A DNA stretch of 64,000 nt from NCBI RefSeq assembly GCF_030028105.1, contig NC_092382.1, positions 100,456,699 to 100,520,698 of the forward strand, given 5' to 3'. Position numbers and translations under genes: made by a program. The notes under the pieces are model-generated. The model did not search any database and was not told the DNA's origin. It saw only the letters and a list, made by a program, of their open reading frames with translations. This DNA is from Mobula birostris (Eukaryota). Within the stretch, counting starts at the first letter, position 1. Each line of letters begins with the position of its first letter. This document shows positions 46,700-57,960 of this stretch, in pieces.

Positions 46700-47330
46700 T
46701 CCTCTCTTCTTCACTCTTTTTATTAGTTCCATAAAATATAAACATAACGTAACAATAATACAAAATTGTTGGAAATACATTGTTATACTTAAGATGAGTA
46801 ATTATAAAACCAAATAGTATAAATTGACAAAGCTCCAAAACAACAGGAATTCTGCAGATGCTGGAGTTTCAAGCAACGCACATCAAAGTTGCTGGTGAAC
46901 GCAGCAGGCCAGGCAGCATCTGCAGGAAGAGGTGCAGTCGACGTTTCGGGCCGAGACCCTCCGTCAGGACGAACTGCAGGAAGTTCCAAAACAAGTAGGA
47001 TAGCAATGGATAATACAGGACCATTGAAAAAAAAACTGGAGAAAAATCATGAAAAAGAAAAAATAATTTAAAAAAAAAAACAAACCCCACCCGCAAAAAA
47101 AAATCTGAACAGGATTAGTCAACTAAACTAAAAAGACTTGGGCAATTTTAACAACGTAAAAATGGAAGAGATGAAAACGGCACAGAGAAGTAAAATAAGT
47201 TTGGAAATGGTCAAATTACATCACATGAAAATTCTGAATAAATGGCCTCCAAGTTTGTTTTTTTTCAAATTTAATGGAAGGGTTATAAACTACACTTCTA
47301 ATTTTTTTTCCAAAAAATAGATCTCAAGGG
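46700..47330 (-). mobile_element. AT-rich L1-clade LINE 3' end
   Basis: Minus strand reads ...IKFEK...WRPFIQNFHVM* followed by a T-rich 3' UTR. Confidence 0.55.
46840..46975 (-). mobile_element. Penelope-like terminal fragment with a mutated hammerhead motif
   Basis: Near-identical to 57961-58095. Confidence 0.85.
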
Positions 47331-47589
47331 AGTGAATTTGTTCAATGCCGAAGAGATGGCTTTTCAGAGCAGTTTGTCGTTGAGCCGACTAGGGGATCAG
47401 CTGCACTGGGTTGGGTGTTATGTAATGAACCGGAGGCGATTAGGGAGCTCAAGGGTAAGAGAGCCCTTAGGACCCAGTCATCACAGTATGATTGAGTTCA
47501 ACTTGGAAATTTGATAGGGTGAAAGTAAAGCCCTGATGTCGCAGTATTTCAGTGGAGTAAGGGAATTTGCAGCGGTATGAGAGAGGAGT

Positions 47590-48200
47590 TATTAATCAAA
47601 GTATTTAGTATAAGAGCTGGAATGTTATGATGAGGTTGTATAAGGCATTGGTGAGGCCGAATCTGGAGTATTGTGTTCAGTTTTGGTCGCCAAATTACAG
47701 GAAGGATATAAATAAGGTTGAAAGAGTGAAGAGAAGGTTTACAAGGATGTTGCCGGGACTTGAGAAACTCAGTTACAGAGAAAGGTTGAATAGGTTAGGA
47801 CTTTATTCCCTGGAGCGTAGAAGAATGAGGGGAGATTTGATAGAGGTATATAAAATTATGATGGGTATTGATAGAGTGAATGCAAGCAGGCTTTTTCCAC
47901 TGAGGCAAGGGGAGAAAAAAAACAGAGGACATGGGTTAAGGGTGAGGGGGGAAAAGTTTAAAGGGAACATTAGTGGGGGCTTCTTCACACAGAGAGTGGT
48001 GGGAGTGTGGAATGAGCTGCCAGACGAGGTGGTAAACGCGGGTTCCTTTTTAACATTTAAGAATAAATTGGACAGATACATGGATGGGAGGTGTATGGAG
48101 GGATATGGTCCGTGTGCAGGTCAGTGGGACTAGGCAGAAAATGGTTCGGCACAGCCAAGAAGGGCCAAAAGGCCTGTTTCTGTGCTGTAGTTTATGGTTT
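47590..48200 (+). mobile_element. 5'-truncated CR1 LINE
   Basis: ORF 47627-48133. Confidence 0.92.
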
Positions 48201-49214
48201 CTGGGGGAACTGAGAATGGTGCAGGTCACATGTATTCCAAAAATGAAAAAATAGTCAAATGATAAAATAATACGACTATGGGTGACGAGGGAAGTCAAAG
48301 CTATTGTAAAAGCCAAAGAAAGAGCATAGAACAAAACAAAAATTAGCGGGAAGATAGAGGACTGGGAAGTTTTTAAAAACCTGCAGCGTAACCAAAAAAA
48401 AAAAAATCAAAAGCAGAAATATGAAAGCAATCTAGCAAATAATATCAAACTGGATAGTAAAAAGTTTTTTTTTCAAGTACGTTAAAAATAAAAGAGAAAT
48501 GAGAGTGGATATAGGACCGCTAGAAAATGAGGCAGGAGAACTAATAACGGGGGAGAAGGAGGTGGCTGATTAACTAAATGAGTATTTTGAGTCACTCTTC
48601 ACTGTGACAAAGAAACAAGCAGTAGGTCAGATGTTGAAGTGTGCAAAGGAAAGGAAGTGGTTGCAGTTGCTGTTACAAGAGAGAGGTTGCTCAAAAAGCT
48701 GAAAGACCTAAAGATACATAAGTCACCCGTCCAGAGGAAACGCACCCTGGGGTCCTGCAAGAGGTAGCGTTAGAGATTGTCGTGGCGTTAGAAATGATCT
48801 TTCAAAAATCATTGGACTCTGGCATGGTGCCAGGGGACTGGAAAATCGGAAATGTCACCCCACCCATTAAGAAAGGAGGAAGGCAGCAGAAAGACTATAG
48901 ACCGGTTAATCTGACCTCAGTGGTTGGGAAGATGTTGGAGTCAATTGTTAAGGATGAGGTGATGGAGTACTTGGTGACGCAGGACAAGATAGGACAAAGT
49001 CAGCATGGTTTCCTTCAGGGAAAATCCTGCCTGACGAGCCTGTTCGAATCCTTTGAGGAGATTACAAGTGGGATAGATAAAGGAGATGCAGTGGATGTTG
49101 TATATTTGGACTTTCCGAAGGCTTTTGACAAGGGTGCCACACAGGAGGCTGCTTACCAAGTTAAGAGCCCATGGCATTGCAGGAAAGTTACGAACATGGT
49201 TAGATCATTTATTG

Positions 49215-49865
49215 ATAGCTAGTCATAGTCATAGTCAAACTTTATTGATCCCGGGAGAAATTGGTTTTCGCTACAGTTGCACCATAAATAATTAAATAGT
49301 AATATATAAATTATGCCAGGAAAGAAGTCCAGGACCAGCCTATTGGCTCAGGGTGTCTGACCCTCCAAGGGAGGAGTTGTAAAGTTTGATGGCCACAGGC
49401 AGGAATGACTTCCTATGACGTTCTGTGTTGCATCTCGGTGGAATGAGTCTCTGGCTGAATGTACTCCTGTGCCCACCCAGTACATTATATAGTGGATGGG
49501 AGACATTGTCCAAGATGGCATGCAACTTGGACAGCATCCTCTTTTCAGACACCACCGTGAGAGAGTCCATTTCCATCCCCACAACATCACTGGCCCTACG
49601 AATGAGATTGCTGATTCTGTTGGTGTCTGCTGCCCCAGCACACAACAGCAAACATGATCGCACTGGCCACCACAGACTCGTAGAACATCCTCAGCATCGT
49701 CCGGCAGATGTTAAAGGACCTCAGTCTCCTCAGGAAATAGAGACGGCTCTGACCCTTCTTGTGACCCTTCAGTGTTCTTTGATCAGTCCAGTTCATTGTC
49801 AATTCGTATCCCCAGGTATTTGTAATCCTCCATCATGTCCACGCTGACCCCCTGGATGGAAACAG
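49215..49865 (-). mobile_element. Rex1/Babar-type LINE 3' fragment
   Basis: KKGQSRLYFLRRLRSFNICRTMLRMFYESVVASAI; (TGACTA)n tail. Confidence 0.9.
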
Positions 49866-50602
49866 GGGTCGTAGGAGGCAGCGAGTGGGAATAAAAGGAT
49901 CCCTTTCTGGTTGGCTGCCAGTGACTAGTGGTATTCTGCAGGGATCGGTGTTGGCACTGCTGTTTTTTCATGCTGTATATAAATGATTTAGATGATGGAA
50001 TAGAGGGCTCTGTTGCCAAGTTTGCAGATGATACAAAGATTGGTGGAGGGACAGGCAGCGTTAAGGAAACAGGGAGGGTGCAGAAGGACTTAAACTGATT
50101 CGGAGGATGGGCAAGAAGGTGGCAAATGAAATACAAGGTTGGAAAATGCATGGTCATGCACTTTCGTAGCAGAAGCAAATGTGCGGACTATTTTCTAAAC
50201 GGGGAGAAATTCCAAAAATCTGAGTGCAAAGGCGCTTGGGGGAGTCCCTGTGTAGAACACCCTGAAGGTTAACTTGCAGGTTGAGTCGGTGGTGAGGGAA
50301 GGAAAATGCAATGTTAGCATTCATTTCAAGAGGTCTAGAATATCAGAGCAAGGATGTGATACGGAGGCTTTATAAGACAACCGGTGAGGCCTCACCTTGA
50401 GTATTGTGAACAGTTTTGGGCCCCTCATCTTAGAAAAGACGTGCTGGCGTTGGAGAGGGTCCAGAGGAGGTTCACAAGGATGATCCAGGAACGAAAGGGT
50501 TATCATACGAGGAACGTTTGATGGCTCTGGGTCTGTAGTCGCTGGAGTTCAGAAGGATGAGGTGGGGATCTCATTGAAGTCTTTCGAATTGGAATGTTGA
50601 AC

Positions 50603-51276
50603 TAGTCCGTGAGCCAGTAGGGTTGGTCGGTACCATACAAGGGGAATAATGCTCATAGTGATTTTTGGCCAAGTTTACATCTCCAGAGTTAGAAAATATG
50701 TGATAACATTGCACCAGTTGTAGCTTTATGTGTGCTATCGTCCATTTTATAACACTACCCTAAAATAAGCATTTCTGAAAAGTGGCCAATATAAAGTACA
50801 ACATATATATTCAACCTGGTGGCATTTTGTCAGCAGTGATCTCTCAACATTGAAATTTGTCACAATGATAGCTGAGCTCAAGCACTTTTCATCAAATATT
50901 GTTGTAAAATTCTACATTGAAAACTGTATCATTTGTGGCACTCGCAGTATAGTGCCCAATTTCAGTAGATTGAATCATTTCACTTTGAGAAAAAAAATAT
51001 ATTTGTCTGTTGTTTATTTTGGAAAAGTCAACAAAAACCCTAGGACACATATAATCACATGGATTTGTATTGAATTTATTCAGGAATTCAAATAAGTAAT
51101 CACATTTTCTATATATTCCATATTAACATCAGTACAGCAGATCAAGCTACCACCGCTGCAATGCTATCACATATTTTCTAGCACTCGGGGTGTATGCCTT
51201 GCCAAAAATCACTAGAAGAGTTATTCCCCCCAGATGGTACCGGTGGCCCAAATTTGGGGTCCTGGCTCACGGACTA
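50603..51276. mobile_element. Non-autonomous, MITE-like insertion with outer 15-bp perfect and inner ~98-bp imperfect inverted repeats
   Basis: TAGTCCGTGAGCCAG (50603-17) / CTGGCTCACGGACTA (51262-76); inner arms 50629-50726 and 51144-51241; AT-rich interior; the CR1 host is colinear across it. Confidence 0.8.
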
Positions 51277-51394
51277 AAAGGCGAGACAGAATAGATGCGG
51301 AAAGGATGGTTCCCATGGTGGGGGATTCAAGGACATGAGGGCACAGCCTCGGGATAGAGAGAACCCCTTTCAAAACCGAGATGCAGAGAAATGT

Positions 51395-52915
51395 CTTTAA
51401 CCATATAACAATTACAGCACGGAAACAGGCCATCTCGGCCCTTCTAGTCCGTGCCGAACTCTTACTCTCTCTCCTAGTCCCACCGACCTGCACTCAGCCC
51501 ATAACCCTCCATTCCTTTCCTGTCCGTATATCTATCCAATTTAACTTTAAACGACAACATCGAACCTACCTCAGCCACTTCTCCTTCCACACAGCTACCA
51601 CTCTCTGAGTAAAGAAGTTCCCCCTCGATTTACCCCTAAACTTTTGCCCTTTAACTCTCAACTCATGTCCTCTTGTTTGAATCTCCCCCACTCTCAATGG
51701 AAAAAAGCCTATCCACGTCAACTCAGTCTATCCTCCTCATAATTTTAAATACCTCTATCAAGTCCCCCCTCAACCTTCTACACTCCAAAGAATAAAGACC
51801 CAACTTGTTCAACCTTTCTCTGTAACTTAGACAGAGTCTAAGCAAACTTTACTAGAAAGTTAGCCAGAAGGTGGTGAATCTGTGGAATTTGTTGCCACGG
51901 GCGGCAGTGGAGGCCAAGTCATTGGGTGTATTTAAGGCAGAGATTGATAGGTATCTGAGTAGCCAGGGCATCAAAGGTTATGGTGAGAAGGCGGGGGAGT
52001 GGGACTAAATGGGAGAACGGATCAGCTCATGATAAAATGGCGGAGCAGACTCGATGGGCCGAATGGCCGACTTCTGCTCCTTTGTCTTATGGTCTTATGG
52101 TCTTAGACTCTCCTACCATAGGAATCGACTTCGCCACATCCGCTCTATCACCGTCTTTCAACATTCGATAGGTCACCCCCTCATTCCTCTAAATTCCAGT
52201 GAGTGCAGGCCCAAACTCCTTTCCTATGATCAGCCGTTTAATCCCGGAATCATTTTCGTGAACCTACTCGGAACCCTCTCCTGTTTCAGCACCTCCTGTC
52301 TCAGACAAAAGGGCCCAAACCTGCTCACGGTACTCCAAGTGAGGCCTCACCGGTGCTTTATAAAGCCTCAACATCACATCCTTGCCTTTATATTCTAGTC
52401 CTCTTGACATGAGCGCTGACATCGCATTTCCCTTCCTCACCGCCGACTCAACGTGCAAATTAAGCTTCAGGGAACCCTACACGAGGACTCCCAAGTCTCT
52501 TTTGCGCCTCAGATTTTCTTTATATTTTCTCTCTATTTATAACATCGGCAACCCTTCCATATCTTCCACCAAAGTTCACGGTCAAGCACTTCCCGACACT
52601 GTGTTCCAACTGCCATTTCCTTGCCCATTCTCCTAATCTGTCCAAGTCCTTCCGCCAGCTTCTCCATTTCCTCAAAACTACCTGCCCCTCCACCTATCTT
52701 CCTATCCTCTGCAAACTTTGCAACAAAGCTATCAATTCCATCATCCAAATCATTGACATATAACGTAAAAAGAATCGGTCCCAACACAGACCCCAGCGGA
52801 ACACCAATAGTCGCCGGCAGCCAATCAGAAAAGGCTCCTTTTTTTCCCACTCTTTGCCTCCTTCCAATCAGCCTTCAGTTCATTCATGCTAGAATCTTCC
52901 CTGTAATGCTATAGG
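51395..52915 (-). mobile_element. Two minus-strand CR1 fragments (51395-51840; 52105-52915)
   Basis: RT motifs GVPLGSVLGP and FAED in ORF 52533-52850; tail at 51395. Confidence 0.85.
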
Positions 52916-52926
52916 CTCTGTCGAAC

Positions 52927-54115
52927 CTCGGGAGTGTGTGATGGGATGGTGTGGAGGGAGATTCACTCTGTGTCTGATCCCAGGGATGTGCAATGGGACG
53001 GTGTGGAGGGAGATTCACTCTGTGTCTGACCCCGGGAGTGTGTGATGGGACGGTGTGGAGGGAGATTCACTCTGTGTGTCTGACCCCGGGAGTGTGTGAT
53101 GGGACGTTGTGGAGGGAGACTCACTCTGTGTCTGACCCCGGGAGTGTGTGATGGGACGGTGTGGAGGGAGATTCACTCTGTGTCTGACCCCGGGAGTGTG
53201 TGATGAGACGGTGTGGAAGGAGCTTCACTCTGTGTCTGACCCCGGGAGTGTGTGATGGGACGGTGTGGAGGGAGATTCACTCTGTGTCTGACCCCGGGAG
53301 TGTGTGATGGGACGGTATGGAGGGAGATTCACTTTGTGTCAGACCCCGGGAGTGTGTGATGGGACGGTGTGGAGGGAGATTCACTCCGTGTCTGACCTCG
53401 GGAGTGTGTGATGGGACGGTGTGGAGGGAGATTCACTCTGTGTCTGACCCCGGGAGTGTGTGATGAGACGGTGTGGAAGGAGCTTCACTCTGTGTCTGAC
53501 CCCGGGAGTGTGTGATGGGACGGTGTGGAGGGAGATTCACTCTGTGTCTGACCCCGGGAGTGTGTGATGAGACGGTGTGGAAGGAGCTTCACTCTGTGTC
53601 TGACCCCGGGAGTGTGTGATGGGACGGTGTGGAAGGAGCTTCACTCTGTGTCTGACCCCGGGAGTGTGTGATGGGACGGTGTGGAGGGAGATTCACTCTG
53701 TGTCTGACCCCGGGAGTGTGTGATGGGACGGTGTGGAGGGAGATTCACTCTGTGTCTGACCCCGGGAGTGTGTGATGGGACGGTATGGAGGGAGATTCAC
53801 TTTGTGTCAGACCCCGGGAGTATGTGATGGGACGGTGTGGAGGGAGATTCACTCCGTGTCTGACCTCGGGAGTGTGTGATGGGACGGTGTGGAGGGAGAT
53901 TCACTCTGTGTCTGACCTCGGGAGTGTGTGATGGGACGGTGTGGAGGGAGATTCACTCTGTGTCTGACCCCGGGAGTGTGTGATGAGACGGTGTGGAAGG
54001 AGCTTCACTCTGTGTCTGACCCCGGGAGTGTGTGATGGGACGGTGTGGAGGGAGATTCACTCTGTATGTCTGAACCCCGTGAGTGCGTGACGGGACGGTG
54101 TGGAGGGAGCTTCAC
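52927..54115 (+). repeat. 52-bp G-rich minisatellite (~23 units)
   Basis: Unit GGGAGTGTGTGATGGGACGGTGTGGAGGGAGATTCACTCTGTGTCTGACCCC, with recurring variant units. Confidence 0.97.
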
Positions 54116-54159
54116 ATCGTCAAGTGGAAAGTGTGACATCGACAAGTACATTCCCCCTC

Positions 54160-54400
54160 CCCCCTTGATAACTGCAGCGAAGTAAACAGCACTGGGGCCA
54201 ACATTGAAACAGCAACGGAAATTCTCACCTTAAAACTAGGCGGTGGAGCATCTCATTTTTAGCCCCATCCACTTCCTGCCTCTCGGCGACCGCAGCAGTC
54301 TCCGCCCATCCACAGCTGGTTTCGAGAGCACAGCTCACAGCGCAGTGCAACACAGGAGCCGGGGCTCCTGGGCCTCCTCCTTCTCGTTAGCAACGAGGAT
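54160..54400. promoter_or_regulatory. Candidate intronic enhancer (unique sequence with GATA, FOX, ETS, E-box and RFX-like motifs)
   Basis: TGATAA 54166, GTAAACA 54182, CACTTCCTG 54270, CAGCTG 54313, CTCGTTAGCAACGAG 54383. Motif-only evidence. Confidence 0.35.
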
Positions 54401-54699
54401 AGGGCAGGTCCAAGGTGGCAGGGTAGTTGGATGGGTGGGGGAGAAGGGGTCCTTAATGTCTTAATATTGAAGCTACATTGTTGAGGCGTCGCCTTTGCAA
54501 GATCTCCCCGACGCGGGAGGTGGGGGGGTATTGTCAGTAACGGAGCTGGCTAAGTTTCCACCTTCTTCAGCTTTTTATCTCCCTTCTGTGCAATACACCG
54601 CTCCCCTCCCCCCCCCCCCCCCCCCCCATCTCCGACCCTCATACAGGATGGTGAGGCTGGAATCCTTCGCACGGTTGAAATTTGCTGCAGTCTTTAGAA

Positions 54700-55745
54700 C
54701 GTGGAACAGTACGGCACAGTACAGGCCCTTCGGCCCACAATGTTGTGCCGACCCTCAAACCCTGCCTCCCCTAACCCCGCCCCCCACACACACACACACC
54801 TTAAATTCCTCCAATCTCTGTCTAGTAGTCTCTTAAACTTCACCAGTGTATCTGCCTCCACCACTGACTCAGGCAGTGCATTCCACGCACCAACCACTCT
54901 CTGAGTAAAAAACCTTCCCCTTGAACTTCCCACCCCTTACCTTAAAGCCATGTCCTCTTGTATTGAGCAGTGGTGCCCTGGGGAAGAGGCGCTGGCTGTC
55001 CACTCTGTCTTTATATAGGCATCCGTTAGTCTCATGCGGCCATGGATTTGTGCCTTGGAAGGTTTCCAGGGCGCAGGCCTGGGCAAAGTTGTACGGAAGA
55101 CCAGCAGTTGCCCATGCTGCAAGTCTCCCCCCCCCCCACCCCACGCCACCGATGTTGTCCAAGGGAAGGGCATTAGGACCCATACACCTTGGTACCGGTA
55201 TCGTCGCAAAGCAATGAGTGTTTAAGTGCCTCGCTCAAGGGCACACACGCTGCCTTAGCCAAATCTCGAACAAGTGACCTTCAAATCACTAGACGAACAC
55301 CTTAACCACTTGGCCACGTGCCAACAGTTCACTCTATCGATTCCTCTTAATATCTTGTCTACCTCTATCATGTCTCCCCTCGTCCTCCTTCTCTCCAAAG
55401 AGTAAAGCCCTATCTCCCTTAATCTCTGATCATAATGCATGCTCTCTAAGCCAGGCAGCATCCTGGTAAATCTCCTCTGTACCGTTCCAGGGCTTCCACA
55501 TCCTTCCTCTAGTGAGAACTGGACACAGTACTGCAAGTGTGGCCTAACCAGAGTTTTATAGAGCTGCATCTTAAACCCCGCGACTCTTAAGCTCTGTCCC
55601 TCGACTTATGGAAAGCTAACACCGCATAAGCTTTCTTAACTACCCTATGCACCTGTGAGGGAACTTTCAGGGATCTGTGGACATGTACCCCGAGATCCCT
55701 CTGCTCCTCCACACTGCCAGGTATCCTGCTATTTACTTTGTACTC
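54700..55745 (-). mobile_element. CR1 LINE with a nested minus-strand CORE SINE (55010-55326)
   Basis: CR1 pieces are colinear either side; SINE flanked by CACTCTGTC / CACTCTATC. Confidence 0.9.
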
Positions 55746-56089
55746 TGCCTTCGAGTGTCTGTCTGAAAGCCTCTGGTAGGCCTGTGTCCAGTCAGCCACG
55801 CCGCCCACTCCCTTCCCGTGCTGGAAAATGCCAGGCAAGCGCCAGTCTCCACTGCCGACACCATATCCGTCTCCCTCTACATCCCTGCCTCGGGGCCTCT
55901 TAAAGGCCCTCTGTCGCGTCTCTCTCCACCGCCACCCCAGGCGCCACAACCCAGGCGCCCATCTCATCCCGCACACCTTTTTGAAACTGACCCCTCTCAC
56001 TTTCTCCGGTTTGCGCATTTCCACCACCAGGGGCGACTCTCGGGCGGGCAGCCGCAATCTTTCTCCCGCTAGGAGGATGTTATGAGAAT

Positions 56090-56950
56090 GTAGGGTGAAT
56101 TGGACAGGCTGGGTGAGTGGGCAGATGCAGTTTAACGTGGATAAGTGTGAGGTTATCCACTTTGGTGGTAAGAACGGGAAGGCAGATTATTATCTAAATG
56201 GAGTCAAGTTAGGAAAAGGGGAAGCACAACGAGATCTAGGTGTTCTTCTACATCAGTCACTGAAAGTAAGCATGCAGGTACAGCAGGCAGTGAAGAAAGC
56301 TAATGGCATGCTGGCCTTCATAACAAGGGGAGTTGAGTATAGGAGCAAAGAGGTCCTTCTGCAGTTGTACAGGACCCTGGTGAGACCACACCTGGAGTAC
56401 TGTGTGCAGTTTTGGTCTCCAAATTTGAGGAAGGACATTCTTGCTATTGAGGGAGTGCAGCGTCGGTTCATGAGGTTAATTCCCGGGATGGCGGGACTGT
56501 CATATGTCGAAAAATTGGAGCGGCTGGGCTTGTATACTCTGGAATTTAGAGGGATGAGAGGGGATCTTATTGAAACATATAAGATTATTAAGGGATTGGA
56601 CACGCTGGAGGCAGGAAGCATGTTCCCGCTGATGTGTGAGTCCAGAACCAGAGCCCACAGTTTCAGGATAAGGGGTAGGCCATTTAGAACGGAGTTGAGG
56701 AAAAACTTTTTCACCCAGAGAGTGGTGGATCTGTGGAATGCTCTGCCCCAGAAGGCTGTGGAGGCCAAGTCTCTGGATGCTTTCAAGAAAGAGATGGATA
56801 GAGATCTTAAAGATAGCGGAATCAAAGGTTATGGGGATAAGGTAGGAACTGGATACTGATAGTGGATGACGAGCCATGGTCACAGTGAATGGTGGTGCTG
56901 GCTCGAAGGGCCAAATGGCCTACTCCTGCACCTATTGTCTGTTGTCTATT
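56090..56950 (+). mobile_element. 5'-truncated CR1 (HER1-type) LINE
   Basis: ORF 56095-56859 (254 aa). Confidence 0.95.
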
Positions 56951-57514
56951 GTCTAGGGCGGGGAACCTAAAACTAGAGGGGACAGCTTCTGGGTGAGAGG
57001 TTTCATTGGGGCCCAGAGGGCGGTCTGTCTGTGGAAGGAGCTGCCGGAGGAACAACACACGGACAAGGACACGGACAGGAAACGGGACAATCTCCGGTGG
57101 AGGGGGATTGGTCTGCCTGGTCCATTTGCGTCACGGTCTGATCTGGCAATTCTCAATATCGTGCACCCCCATCAAACACAGGTCCACAAGTCCCAGTAAA
57201 TTGCCTCTGCACTCTTTCAATCCTGTCGACATCTCTCCCATGGGGAGATGACGAGACCTGCCCGTCATTCTCCAGATTGGACCTGGCCAATATCTTACAC
57301 AGCTTCTACATGACGTCCCGACCCTGTACCCAACACTTCCATGTGCTAGGACCTCTCTTTACGACCCGACCTACCTGTGATGCCACTCTCAAGGAATTAT
57401 GGGTCTGCCTTCCCAGAAGCCTCTGCTCCTACCGCGCCCCTCAGTACCCTCCTGCCCAGCGAGTAAATCCTGCCCTAGTATGTCCTCCTAAAGTGCATGA
57501 GCTCTGGGAACGTG

Positions 57515-57960
57515 GAACATAGAAATCGACAGCACATTACAGGCCCTTCGGCCCACAACGTTGTGCTGACCATGCAACCGACTCGAGAAACTGCCTAGAA
57601 ATTCCCCACCGCATGGCCCTCTATTTTTCTGCGCTCCATATCTAATAATCTCTTAAAAGACCCTATCGTATCCGCCTCCACCACCGTCGCCGGCAGCCCA
57701 TTCCACACCCTCAGCACTCTCTGTGTGAAAAACCTACCCCAGACATCTCTGTACCTACTCCCTAGCACCTTAAAACTGTGTCCCCTCGTGTCAGCCATTT
57801 CAGCCCCGGGGAAAATCCACACGTCAACGCCCCTCGTTATCCTATACACCTCGATCAGGTCGCCTCTCACCCTCCGTCGCTCCAGGGAGAAAAGGCCGAG
57901 TTCGCTCAACCTATTCTCATAAGGCATGCTCCCCCAATCCAGGCAACATCCTTGTAAATC
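57515..57960 (-). mobile_element. CR1 3' fragment
   Basis: MPYENRLSELGLFSLERRR, same subfamily as 36043-37180. Confidence 0.85.

Larger units (their letters stand above)
46220..52105 (+). mobile_element. Old near-full-length CR1 ORF2 broken by at least six nested insertions
   Basis: Endonuclease start (VLYLNAPSICNK...DVVTVTELWL, 46220-46690), RT (48780-49200, 49870-50600) and tail at ~52100 are colinear across the inserts. Confidence 0.75.

Noticed and set aside
51031-51039. Perfect RSS nonamer ACAAAAACC inside the inverted-repeat element, suggesting a RAG/Transib link
   Set aside because: No heptamer at 12 or 23 nt spacing, and the element's termini do not start with CAC; expected by chance in AT-rich DNA.
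52927-54115. Regular repeat arrays (also the 61-bp arrays) as possible CRISPR arrays
   Set aside because: Head-to-tail units with no unique spacers, vertebrate context, no cas genes.
54318-54390. GGTTTCGAG...CGCAGTG followed by CAACACAGGAGCC, resembling an RSS plus J start (NTGA...)
   Set aside because: Spacer would be 14 nt, there is no FGXG, an in-frame stop follows and there is no donor; at best an unrecognisable relic.
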